DNA of 64,000 nt, taken from Anthoceros angustus (taxonomy: Eukaryota > Plantae > Anthocerotophyta). The notes beneath the pieces were generated by a model. That model was not told the DNA's origin, searched no databases, and saw nothing but the letters and a program-made list of their open reading frames with translations. The stretch spans positions 788,890-852,889 of the forward strand of contig VJWM01000119.1 of the NCBI GenBank assembly GCA_010909165.1. Reading direction: 5' to 3'. Both the position numbers and the translations under genes were made by a program. Shown one piece after another: positions 1 to 12,255 of the stretch. Each line of letters starts with the position of its first letter. The stretch's first letter is position 1.

Positions 1-1950
1 CTTAACGCGTGTTTCCCACAAATTAGACATGGGCGCATCCTCCCTCTGTTTTGTGCAGGCCAGTGCATCGTCCTCCTCCGAGGGCATAAAATCGGACTCC
101 CCATCGCTATCCTCACTCCCACAGTCATCCTCAGACATTGATTTATCCTCGGGAGGCACCCACGCCATAAGCCCGTCAAGCGTTTCCTCCCAGTTGTCCG
201 GCATGCCGTCGGGCTCCACTCCCAGCTTCTCGGCTAAGGTGTTCCCACATGGAGAAGCCAAAGATAATATTGGGCACTGAAACTGCAACTGTCGCCAACA
301 CAGCTGGAAAGATGGCTGCGGTCGTAATTCGTGTTCGTCGCCTAGGCGGGAAAGGTGCAGCGTAAGAGAAGTCTGATAGTTTCTCGCCTCTTACGCTATG
401 GCAGTGTACAAAAATCTTCACGACCAGGTTTGAATGAAATTGTACATGGGGCAGGGGCCCGGGCGTGAAGACGAACCTCTTCGCAACTGGTAAGGTGTCC
501 AGCGCAACGGCCGATACCAGAGCCTGAACCTGCTGCACCGGCTTGGACGAAAAGGGGCGTATAGTATGGGCGGAGTTTGGGCGTAAAGCTGGGGAGAAGT
601 CCACAATTGTGGGCACAGTTTTTTCAGTCTGCTCGACATTTCCAACATTGCCTTCCAATCACTCCGAGGTTTGCGAGTTCCTCCAACCAATGGCGAGCGG
701 TGTTGCGCGGTACATGCACTCCATCCTCGTGGCTCCGACTTCTTCTGAGGAGGCGGGTGCCGGGTTCCACAGCGATTCGTCTTCGGACGGAGCATCGTGG
801 AAACTGGCAAAGCGGAGGAGGGACATGGCAAATGAGCGGCCCATTGTGCAGCCCATCTGGCGGTGGGATCATGACCTGCTCACGACGGGGTGTGCGCACA
901 AGCTGAGGAAACGCTCAGACTCGGCCGCTTGGGTTGAAGGGCGAGGAGGTGGACGGCGAATGACGCAGCCTGGGTTGGTGGCTTGCACAAAGACTTCATC
1001 TCGGGCTTTGCAAGGATGATGCCTTGGCCATGTGGACCTCCATGCACCGATGATGGAGGTTCCAAGCTGGTGGGTGGCTGTCCACCCCCGGGAAGGACTC
1101 CCTATTCTGGAGCGTGCCAAGGACCTTGGAGGTTTTGTGGTTGACGTCATTGAGGAAATGCGGAGGACCCCGGGTGTGAACAACAAAGTGACAGTGGTGG
1201 AGGTTGGGACACCAGCCAGCAAGCTAGTGTTCGTGCACAATCCGAATCGGGAACTGCCATTTGATATTATGGTGGTTGACTTGGAGCCTTTTTTCGGCGA
1301 TGGTGCGCCACCTCCAAACTGGGATACCACCTTCGCCTCGATGTGGAGTCGAGGTGGAGTTTGTGCGGTCTACGATATTCAGAATTTGCCTCCGAACTGG
1401 ACACCAAAGAACAAGAACCGCTTGAACCTGTACACTGGTCCAGAGGAGAGCTTGCGGAAAATCTTAAGTGTGCCATGCAAGGTCGGAGGCCACTTGTTGC
1501 TCATGAAGCGGAGGTTGACACGCTGAGCGTGGGGTATGCCCAGCGGTTTCACTGTCTCTGTATGCCACCACTTTGTGGCATACATGATTTCGTGAATGAT
1601 GATGCCATGTTCCATATGCTGGAAGGATTGGACCTCATCATTAGAACATGCCACGCTGTGGGATCTCACGGCGGACATGCTGCAATTGTGGGGAGCATCT
1701 ATGCCTTCTTTTTTGAGCCGCGTTCACTCCAGCACTCAGGATTGAAGTTAGCCGCAAGCTCTCCGGCACATATTTTTTGTTTGGCTAGTTTTGAATTTGC
1801 GAGCTTTGTGAAGTGATGGGCTTCTCAGAATCCTTGGAGGCCATTAGGAATGTCGACATCTCATAGAGATGCGTAAAACTGGATGTCTTGAGTGGACTGC
1901 TACCGCTTTTGTTCATCACCAGTTTCAAACATAATGTTAAACTGAGTTTC
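1..1950 (-). pseudogene. Probable second (TnpA-like) CACTA ORF, fragmented
   Basis: Downstream of Tnp2 within the element. An acidic low-complexity stretch is encoded on the - strand near 60-150. No diagnostic motif recognised. Confidence 0.35.
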
Positions 1951-2049
1951 AAAGTTCACTTCTTGGCCAAAAGAGGGATTCAATCCCAAGTCATCTGATC
2001 ACGATTACGTGTTCCACCCTAGCCGCCGTTGCACACACCATCGACAGCA

Positions 2050-4850
2050 ACTTTCATGTCACAATTTTAAGTTTCCTACACTGTATTGGGCATATTGACA
2101 CCCATCCGGCAATGATTCCCACGCTGAAGGCGCGGGCGAGCATATGTACCAATGCCGCCGACCAGCTCGCCAATCTGGGTGCGCAAAAGCCTGTGTCACA
2201 TGACTTGGGAAAGTAAATGGTCCGGTTCGGTGATCCCGGTGGTAACGGTGGGGACGGCGGTGTCAAACCATGAATCCGCATTCCGCAACCATAGACGGAG
2301 GGTTTTTACGTATCGCACTCATACCAGTTGACATTGAGGACTATTGTGGTCACTGACCCATCGTCTGTGGTTGCTTCAAGGATGTCTTTTACCTGGCCAA
2401 AGAACTCCCTTTTCCCGCTGTCCATTTCGAAACATCCATAAACCCAGGAATCTTGAGTCGACCGGCGGCGTTTGTCCGCCTCCAGAGTGCGAAAGTGGTA
2501 TCCTCGAGTCTCCAATCCGCGGAAAGAATCCAACGTCAAGCGTGGGCCAGCTGCGATCGCTCGAACATCCATGTAATTTGGCATGCGTCTCCAGCGACCC
2601 GCGGCCATTCCAGCCTGGAGCCATTGAAGGTAATTGATATCATGGTCACCCCTGTCAAACTCCTCTCGAATTGGAGACAATGCATCGGAATTGAGCACAA
2701 GATACCAATGTAACCGTTTTTGCTCATCAATAGTAAGGCTCACTACCTTGGCCTTCCCAATAGTCCTTTCTGCCGGGTGGTCAGGGGTTCTGTAATTAAA
2801 TAGCTGGCCGTGTTCACGAGTGAAATCAGCAAGGTAATCTGCCAAGAAGAACAAGGTTTCCATTGCTAAGTAGCCGGTTGCCAAACTCCCTTCCGGTTTT
2901 GCCTTTTGCCGCACAGATTGTTTAAGCACCAGCATGTGCCTTTCGAGGATACATCCAATGACAATTCCACTCTGGATTCCACTTAAATTCGATGTATGAT
3001 CATATGTTGCATTGGGTTCCGAGAAAAGCAGCTTCTCTAGTTGGATCATGATATCAATAACTTAGCTTTCATAATGGGGATGTCACGGCCTGGCCTTCTT
3101 ACATATCCATCGTAAAGGGCACTCAATTGGACCGGAGTACTGTGGAAGCGACATCGTAATGCAATGGGTAAGTAAAGCGCATTAAGAGATGCCGATGGCT
3201 CTTCATGCCTGTGACTTTGGACCCCCGAAAGCATGTGGACAAGTTGGCCCCAAATCCGGTCGGGGGTTTCATCCTGCAGATTTCAGCTTTTACTGCATCC
3301 ACTCCCCTCGCAAGCAATATGACGCGCCAGGCAAGTGTGCCTCACCGTTGTCGTACACAAGCCATAACCATGGCTTAGAGTCTGCATCCTCAAGATCAAC
3401 ACGGGCACTATGGGTGTCCCATTGACCAGACAAGACATTCCACAATGCCTGACAGTTGTTCAATTCAACATGCATAATATCCTTGAGCCATATTTTGTGA
3501 ATTTGAAGGAGGTAATGCGGTAAGTGTTCAAAGAAAGTGGATTTATGCGCTTCCCCGACGGTAGCATGGGCGAGCGCTTCCACCTAAGCATTTCAAGCAC
3601 TTGGTTGTATGAGCGGTGGCATGACACGGAGCTCCCTCTCATTGTTAAAGTACTCCCGATCAACAAGACGTCGGGGGTCTTGAAGGGAAGGGCACCATCG
3701 TCTGCCGTCAGCAGTTAGTTTGTCCGAGCATTGGACCACAGGCGATTCGACCGCATTCTATGCAAAGAATTGTACCCGAACTTGAAGCCCTAAAGGACCC
3801 CCGGACCGGGATAGTCGCAAGAGGCATTGATAATTGCGTGGGTTGAAATAACGGTCCGCGCTACCGATGTCCTTGGAGTAGTCCACAGCAGGCACACCAA
3901 CGAAGAGGGCACCGAGCTCAGCCAACAATGGCTCCAAATAAGCGTCCGCGTAGGGACTTGCTTGGGCCCCGGAATGATGATGGGCATGAGTAAGTATTTC
4001 TTCATTGCCGAGACCGGTGACGGTTATGTATGACAAGGAGGACCGCCAAATGGAATAAGCAGTTCGGTGGTCGGATGGATTAAATCCATCTATGCATATA
4101 CCAAGCCTTATGTTTGATGTCGTTCCGAACCTAACTTCATCCAATGCACGCCATGCAGGGGTGTCAGCCATTATGCGCAGATGGCCATCCTCGCTTTTGT
4201 GTCTCGCAAACCAGGTCAACTCCTTGGCCGTTTTTGGGCTGGTGAACATCCGTTGAAGACGTTCAGTGATAGGAAAATAGAAGAACGATTTTCGGGGGAT
4301 GCCTTTCTTCGCGTTCTCGCCAGCTCGATAGCGGGCTTCCCCGCATTTTTGGCAATGCTTGTCCAAAGCGTGCGGCCCCCAGAAAATGCAGCAGTCACCA
4401 ACACATGAATCAATTCGAGTGGATGTTTGCCCAAGTTGCATCATAGCGCGGCGAGCCTCTTGACGGCTGCTGGGCATACAATTGTTCTGTTTGGGAAGAA
4501 GGCCAGTGGAGAGAATCTCAAAATTGCGATCATCGGTCAAAATCTTAAACCGATCTTGAATGAATAGCAAGGACACGATGGCGGGACAGTGTGTGTGAGG
4601 TTTCGTTGAACACAATCCCACAGGGTGGTGGCAGCCATTGCGGTGACGGTTGTGGGGACAATCCGGGGAAAAGGCGTGCGTCTGCCGCATTCTCCATTCC
4701 GCCAACATTGGTGACAGCCTCATAGTCCGCGTCGAGTGCGAATCATCATATGCATCATAGGCGGATTACGCCGGTGTCGGACGTGCCCTCGGAGTCGCTG
4801 GATGGCATAGAGGATGCCGATCGAGGCCGAATCCCATGGGCCTCACAGGT
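2050..4850 (-). pseudogene. CACTA Tnp2/TnpD transposase (Transposase_21, DUF4218- and DUF4216-like segments), frameshifted
   Basis: Motifs across ORFs 3758-4723, 3790-4005, 3290-3583, 3123-3317 and 2306-3049: CVGDCCIF..CQKCGEARY, YFPITERLQRMF, NIRLGICIDGFNP, IIPGPKQ, DYPG, DIMHVELN, GMKSH, KAKPEGSLATGY, GYHFRT, FFGQVKDILE. Confidence 0.9.
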
Positions 4851-6159
4851 CAGTCTTCGTTGTCTTCTTGAATAGAAACCTTGCGCATCAGCTCACCATA
4901 TTGTGAGGGAAGGGATGGGAGCCCATCATCATGCACCGGGCCACCACTTTCAACCACATAAGCAGGAGCCGGCCTCTGCCTCAAAGCATCCAGAAGGCGA
5001 CAATTACGCTGCACAAGATAATGGGACATATTAGCAATTTTAGGTAATCGATATGGAAATACCGCGAGGATGGACCCGGTACATGCGTTGCAATTCGTTC
5101 CCACGCTTGTACATAGCGCTGAAATATTAGCCACCTGGTTTGAAGGCGCATAATCACGACGAGGGCCAGATAATTTTTGGGATATCTCTGATGCAGGCGC
5201 ATCCATCGGCGCACTTTTGTGATCCGAGGCCGGAAAGCCGAGTGGATGAAGACCCATTCTGTTTGGACGCCATCACTGCTTATTGGGAGAACGTTGGGCG
5301 TGCGCCAGGTTAAAGTGTCCGTTGAACGGAAGGATGTCCGTTTTGTCGCCCAAGTTCCCGTTAAATTGGCAACGGCAACCGATTGTCGACCACGGCCGGG
5401 TTGGAACGTACATCCAAACACGTCGTATAAGATGGGGCTGGGACACGTCTTATAGTAGCATGGAGCATTTTCCGGAAGAATGCGACCATGCGTCTCAAAT
5501 GAAGAGACCCGTCTTTTTTTTAACACGCAAGAAAGACCCCTGGGCCAGCGTCCTATATGCCACGTCTTAAATCTGCCCGTTTTGTTGTAGTGATTCCAAT
5601 ATAGATATTTAAAGAAAATGCTAGTATAGAAATTGCCCTTTTTAAGATACAAATAGTCAGTTTATTCTCGCTTAAATAGCATGCTGGATAAGCATGTTAG
5701 TGCTTAACCCTAGGTTAGGAGACGGGTTGGTAAACCCTGCTGTAGGCTAGTTACAGCAAGCTGCCTAAACGTGGGAAGACAGTGCCAAGGGCACGGGAGC
5801 AAGCCGAATGATGAAGCAAAGCTAGGCAGAACGTGGCTGAGAGGCCCGCGTGAAGATAGTGGCATGCTGGGGCGAAAATGGGCTGCTAGGGCAGAGAACA
5901 TTAGTTGTTGAAGTCGCGCTTGGTAGCACTACGCACCAGAAAGAACCCGTTGTGCCTCTAATCTGGAAAAAGGCTCTAAATTTGGGGGATCTGTTTCGTG
6001 CACGATTCATGAGAGATGTGTGCGCGGCGCTGATGAGTGTGATTTCCTAACTCCTAGTTTTGGCAGATTGCTAAGGCTTGATGCTTGTGAGTAGCATTCT
6101 CCAAGACATGGCGCCCAAATCTTCAACAAAGGACTCATTTTTGGCTACATGTGTGACAG

Positions 6160-6504
6160 GGTAGGTGGGGCATACTTGGGACAGCCCTAGTCCCAACCAT
6201 ACTCGGGACGATCACAGTGCAGTCACACTTAAGAGCCGATCAGTGCAGTCACACTTTCGGGACACTCCAGTCGGTCACACTCAGGACAGTCCCAGCCACA
6301 GGGATACTCGATATAGTCCTAGGCCTAGCTCCAGCTACATCCAGGGCGGTCCAGTTCTTGTCGGCCATACTGTGGGCCGATCAAGTACCCATACTCGGGG
6401 CATCAAGTACCGTCACACTGGGGCGGTCCACGAGGATACTCGGGGCGGTCCTAATGTAGGAGAATACTCGGAAGCGATGTGATCCCAACACGGCTCTAAT
6501 ACCA
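6160..6504 (-). repeat. Degenerate short-unit repeat (atactcgggNC..cag/gtcacac) followed by a tRNA-iMet PBS-like motif; LTR/TRIM remnant
   Basis: Recurrent atactcggg/cacact motifs at 6170-6470. ggctctaatacca at 6492-6504 is the reverse complement of a near-TGGTATCAGAGC primer-binding site. Confidence 0.35.
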
Positions 6505-6521
6505 CGCATGCGACATCAATC

Positions 6522-6825
6522 AAAGTGGAGGACCTGGCTCTCTTGCAATTGAACGTGTACACGATGAAGTTAATTACTTCTACCGATGCCTGAGATCATG
6601 GCATAACAAGCTGGATAGCTGCAATTGCATGCATTGCATCACTACAGTAGGTATTGGAGAAAGGATACATAAAGGAACCCAAGCCCGTCCGCATATACCT
6701 TGAACAAGCGGATGTCCTGCTTGTTACTATCGGCATCGAGTTCCTGGACTGCAGACTCATCCAGAGAGTAATAGGCTAGCACAAGGATGCCATTGCCGAC
6801 TTGGTCCATGTCCATCTTCTCGAAG
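6522..6825 (-). pseudogene. Gene fragment of unknown family (left half of the Sola insertion target); paralog of 27823-28126
   Basis: Direct sequence match to 27823-28126. The match continues at 16558-16740 after the inserted element. Confidence 0.8.
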
Positions 6826-7449
6826 AACAGAGTCCGCGCAATATCGGCGGATTCTTGAAAGCCTCTTTTGCGCTTTGGGCGGAGGTTGCCACCCCTTTCT
6901 CATATCATGCAAAACACGTGTTTTAAAGAGATGTCTTTGAATGGCGAGTTCCACTTAGAACAATGTAAGTAATATCGAGGTTTTTCCATGTATGCACACT
7001 TTTGTTTCTTGCGCGTCGTCCCTTCGAACTTACTGGGAAAGGCAGTGCCGGCACTATGGGTCCAAAACACGTAATATGCATTCAAATCAAAGTCGGGCAT
7101 TTTCCACGAAGGGTCAAAAGCAATTATACGGTCAACGGACGAGCCCCTCATCTACAAGTCACAGCTACCCAAAGGGTCATCTACTTCAACCAAATTGAGC
7201 TCCGAATCGCACCGTTTCTACATTTTCCAAATCCGCCTTTCCATGTCACCAAAGTCATCACCTTCAACTGCAAAGCGAACCTCATTGTCTGCGGTGGTAG
7301 TGTGCCGTTTTCATCCCATATTGTCAATGCCCTTGGTCTTCAACCGCCGGTCGTCACAGGGTGCGGAGTCCTTCATTCGACCCTTCTTTCCAAGCAAGCT
7401 ATACACTTGCATTTTCACATCAATGCCTCTCTGCAGATCTCCTTTGCCC

Positions 7450-8190
7450 AAAACTTGCAGGGCCCGCGAAAACTTATCTGTTATTTCTTGAACTCGTCCG
7501 GCGCGCCAACCCGTTCACTCGTTGTGACATATACATTGAGCATCGTGCGTCTTTGTCAATGGCCACAACGTTCCTTTTCCGTTGAATCCGGCCACCAAAA
7601 TGATCCCGATCACGCGGTCAACAATCCGATCGTCTTCGTTGGAGAACATGTTCACCAACATGCCTAATAAGCCCACGGGTTTACGATATGGCGTCGACCA
7701 TCTTATCACCGATGTGGTAAATCGCTTCTTCACCACAGTCCCATGTCGGATAACTCTTGGCAGCACCTGTTTGATGTCTTTGCCGGCAAAAAGAGGAGCT
7801 TTTCCGACATTGGACTCTGTCCTCACTGCGCTTCCCTTTGTCAAATATTCCACTGTTTCAACAGCACCACTGTTAGGTGGGATGTTGGTTTTCTCCCATA
7901 CCAGGGTTTGTATGACTCCTTTCCTGCACCAAGACCTCAAAGCCTCCCTGGCTTGAATCACCCCATCCACCCCATGCATAAGAATTATCCCACATCGCTC
8001 GTGGTCTTCTCGTTGAAAGAGCGATGATCTCTTTCAATTCTTCTTCAACGAAAGCCTTGTCATTCTCATGCAGTAAACCTCGAGGAGGTCGCGAGAAAAG
8101 AAGAGTATACCTCCTCGGTGGCAAAAATCCTTTCATATCCAAAATGTCTCGATGCACCACGATATGCCACTTTGTCCAAGACCAGCACTC
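7450..8190 (-). pseudogene. Beta-class N4-cytosine/N6-adenine DNA methyltransferase domain (N6_N4_Mtase-like), frameshifted
   Basis: Motifs in order on the - strand: VVHRDILDMKGFLPPRRYTLLFSRPPRG (motif IV, DPPY-like); IQTLVWEKTN..ETVEYL; TPYRKPVGLLGMLVNMFSNEDDRIVD (HPxxKP..L..LI..S..GD.VLD); then a degenerate GSG-like segment and KRNVVAIDKDARCSMYMSQRV (motif I/II). Motif IV preceding motif I is the beta permutation. Confidence 0.8.
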
Positions 8191-8679
8191 TGGCTCACCG
8201 CATCCATGTCCTTGTCGGCCATTTGTTTTCGCTCTTCTTCCATCCGTTTCGATTCGCGCTATAAACAAAATCTTGGAAAGGTTTTGGCAGCTTTCAAATC
8301 CTCAATGTCTCCCGGTTTACGCAAGCAGACGGTGGTCGAAACAACTCATTGGCTGATGGAGCGCGGTCGGCGGCGCACGTGTGTCGCGTCGGCCACTCCT
8401 CTGACCGGCAGCGGCAAATGGCGGTCGCCACGGCCGGCCGGCGCCGGCCGCGTCGGCCGGCGCCGCGCAATCGCGCCGGCGCGCGCGCACCGCACTCTGG
8501 GCGCAAACAAGAAGGAGTCGCGGTCGGCGGCGCACTACCGATCGCACGGCGCGCCGAATACACTCACTTACCACTTTCAAAATTGTTTGAACTTCGCCAA
8601 TTCCTTGGCCTCGGTATGTTTGAAGCTGTTTGGCGACTTCTGGCACACTTCATAGCCTTCGAAGGCATGCTCGATAAGG

Positions 8680-9600
8680 TTAATCTTCTTCTGTTGCCAA
8701 CATCGTATCCATATCTTTTAGCTGCGTTTCCTTGGATGACCTTCGGGTCACTATCAACATCTCTTCACCTTTCGTCCTTGGGACTCCTTGGAATGCTCTC
8801 CATGCCCTTAGAGCATTGGAGCCGGACGAGGGGTCGATTAGGCTGGCTGTTGTAGTTGGGTCTTGTGGCTTCCGTTTTGCTTGCCGCTTCGTCTCAGGCT
8901 GCTGTTCACCGCTGGGAGTTCGCACTTCTCCCACATGGAAAATGGTGTCCACGTTCTCCCACAATTTACGCACCTCGCAATCCTCAGCAGTCTTCCATCC
9001 ACCATCTTCATCATAATCGTCCTTGGAGTTTCCAGCCTCCTCCAGCATCCCCAGCAACTTGTACACATTGAACTTCCACTGCACAGTAGGTTTTCCATCG
9101 GGGTGTGTCCGGTGCCAAATCTCAAGCTCATCATGTATGTAGCGGACTTGTTCAATAAAACCAAGCTTCTTCCTCTTGTCTGCATACACATTGTGATCCA
9201 CTGCCAGCACCCTCATTTCTTCCTCTGTCAAGCCTGCATATACATGGCCCTCGAGCCATTGAAATTTATCTTCCGCCGGATACATTTCAGACAGTGTCTG
9301 CATGGCGGCATAGCAATGGTTCCCTCCCAGCACCCCTAGGGTGTAATCTTTGAGCTCGATCTCCTCCGGTGCATCTTCTTCTTCAAGCTTGTCTTTGGAT
9401 CAATCATGCACAAAAGTGGGAGCGTCCTTCCTTCACAGGACACATGCGCATCGCCGAACAAGGCACTTCATCCATGCCTCATCCACCTTCCTTATCGAGC
9501 ATCTGCGTTAGAAATGAAGCGGGGCGTAGTACGAAAAATGTGAATGTCGAATGTTGTGGTTTGCACCCGCTTCTTGTAGGCCCGAGTGCGAACCATCTCC
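8680..9600 (-). pseudogene. ParB/Srx-like domain of the cargo gene
   Basis: IRKVDEAWMKCLVRR ... LLCMIDP ... DYTLGVLGGNHCYAAMQTL ... VYAGLTEEEMRVLAVDHN, i.e. the ParB-type R-x-x..GxH motif. ORF 8680-9333 plus frameshifted upstream pieces. Confidence 0.7.
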
Positions 9601-12255
9601 GATAGTCATCCTCCTGCGAAGGAGCTCCAGTCGTTCGGCATCATGGTGGCAACGCTTCCTCTTCGCATGCTTCCTCGACTTCCTTAATTTTTCCGCCTCG
9701 CCCACCTCTTCTCCATCACCAGAGATCTTGCCTTCCTCTTTCGCTTGATTGGTGTGCTCTGCATGGAAATCAAAACAAGATGCTTCAATTCTTACATGGG
9801 TTGAATTGCGGAGGCGAGCTTAGGAGCATTCTTACCAGCCATTCGCCTTCTCATCTTCACTTTGACAGGGAGCTGATTCCCTTCTTCTTCTTTCACTGCG
9901 GCTGCCCGCGAATCCTCTTCGGACGAGGAGGGTCACCTCCTCCTCAAAAGCCTCAGTTCAAGACCCCGAGGCTGGACATGTTGCGAGCCATGGACAGCCT
10001 CGTCGAGCTCGCCTCCGCGCCGGACCACGAGGCGAGGCGCTCCTCCTCTTCCGGAGAGCTCGGCTCGGCAGGAACCTCGTCCTCCTCCATCTCCGGTTGC
10101 ATAATCCGGGCATCGTTTCGATGCACACACACCCACCGGCCCGCTGATAGGTGCGTGCGTGCCTCGCGCCCGATCACCGCGTCGATCACTACACCTCTGT
10201 TCTTCAGCACCTTCGCGTGGAGTAGAACGCAAAATTGTTCTCCCCTGTTCATTTTAAAGAGGAAAACAATGAGTACCGACATGAAACCCTAATCGAAAAT
10301 GGGAAGTGATACATGACATACAAGACTTACATCTTGAACACTTTTGGAATCACGCAAGGCCGATTTCAACTGGCTGCTCACGACGAGGCATTATCTTGGC
10401 AGCATCCATTATCGGGGAGATGTGTGTTGATGTCATCGTTTATGTGCAAATGAGGTTTCTTGGTGACCAAAAGCGTATGTGCATATCTTATTATTCGTCC
10501 TTGTTGCACATAGAATCCATCCGACTCTTGCACAGGAATCCCCTCAATACCATTGTAACCGTTAATCCATAAGGCCTGGTGGAATCCAAGGCACTGGATC
10601 TTGGGTTCTTCTTGCAACAACGCTCCACTCTTGCATGTTGTACCGCCGGAAGAGAATCACGGAGCTTTTTCACCGAAAGCTCCACAAAGTTAAAAGCATG
10701 AGGAATCGCATGTTGCATTTCCACCGAGGTTGGTGCTCCCTCGCGGCCATCAATGTCTTCATATCCTCTCCGTTGAGTACCCTTTGAGGTGGACGTCCGG
10801 ACACTACCATGAGAGGATTCTCTCAATTGCATAATAGCGGTGGGGTTCTGTTACCACATTCGCGGGATCGCATCCCCTCATCCGTCGCGCCCTTGCGGCG
10901 ATCCTGCTGCTCTTGCACCCGCTTCTTGTAGGCCAGTGCGAACCATCTCTCAGATAGTCATCCTCCTGCGAAAGCTCCTCGTTCGGCATCGTGGTATTTG
11001 TCAAGACAGCCTTCCTCTTCGCATGCTTCCTCGACTTCCTTAATTTTTCCGCCTCACCTCTTCTCCATCACCAGAGATCTTGCCTTCCTCTTTCGCTTGA
11101 TTGGTGTGCTCTGCATGGAAATCAAAACAAGATGCTTCAATTCTTACATGGGTTGAATTGCGGAGGGCGGTTAGGCATTCTTACCAGCCATTCGCCTTCT
11201 CATCTTCTTGGTGACACAGGCAGTTGCGGATTCCCTTCTTCTTCTTTCTGCGCTGCCCGTCTCGGACGAGGAGGGTCACCTCCTCCTCAAAAGCCTCAGT
11301 TCAAGACCCCGGACATGTTGCGAGCCATGGCTCGAGCTCGCCTCCGCATCGGACCACGAGGCGGCGCTCCTCCTCTTCCGGAGAGCTCGGCTCGGCACAG
11401 CCGGAACCTCGTCCTCCTCCATCTCCGGTTGCATAATCCGGGCATCGTTTCGATGCACACCCCGGCCGCCTGATAGGCGCGTGCGCCGCCTCGCGCCCGA
11501 TCACCGGTAGCGTCGATCACTACCTCTGTTCTTGACCTTCGGATAGCGTAGAAGCAGCAAAATTGTTCTCCCCTGTTCATTTTAAAGAAAACAATGAGTA
11601 TACCATCGTGAAACCCTAAGCGAAAATGGGAAGTGATACATGGTGACATTCAACGACTTACATCTTGAACACTTTTGGAATCACGCAAGGCCGATTTCAA
11701 CTGGCAGCTCGACGAGGCATTATCTTGGCAGCATCCATTATCGGGAGGAGATGTGTGTTGATGTCATCGTTTATATGTGCAAATGAGGTTTCTTGGTGAC
11801 CAAAAGCGTATGTGCATATCTTCGCCCATTCAGTCCTTGTTGCACATAGAATCCATCCACTCTTGCACAGGAATCCCCTCAATACCATTGTAACCGTTAA
11901 TCCATAAGGCCGATGGTGGAATCCAAGGCGGTGGATCTTGGGTTCTTCTTCGCAACAACGCTCCACTCTTTATGTGTTGTACCGCCGGAAGAGAATCACG
12001 GAGCTTTTTCACCGCTGCTCCACAAAGTTAAAAGCATGAGGAATCGCGATGTGCATTTCCGAGGTTGGTGCTCCCTCGCGGCCATCAATGTCTTCATATC
12101 CTCTCCGTTGAGTACCCTTTGAGGTGGACGTCCGGACACTACCATGAGAGGATTCTCTCAATTGCATAATAGCGGGTGGGGTTCTGTTACCACATTCGCG
12201 GGATCGCATCCCCTCATCCGTGCAGCGCCCTTGCGGCGATCCTGCTGCTCTTGCG
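9562..12255. repeat. Tandem duplication, ~1.35 kb x2 (9562-10913; 10914-12255), of the cargo gene's 5' exons
   Basis: Both units start tgcacccgcttcttgtaggcc and end gcggcgatcctgctgctcttgc. TTGC microhomology at the junction. Copies differ by many small indels. Confidence 0.9.

Larger units (their letters stand above)
1..5592 (-). mobile_element. CACTA (EnSpm) DNA transposon, right portion; other end outside the window
   Basis: Reverse complement from 5592 reads CACTACAACAAAACGG, a typical CACTA terminus. Subterminal acgtctt/acgtcgt repeats lie at ~5400-5570. A Tnp2 transposase is internal. Confidence 0.85.

Noticed and set aside
4981-5652. 223-aa ORF
   Set aside because: Spans the CACTA terminus and subterminal repeats; no protein-like motifs.
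7002-7667. 221-aa + strand ORF
   Set aside because: Antisense to the methyltransferase cargo gene.
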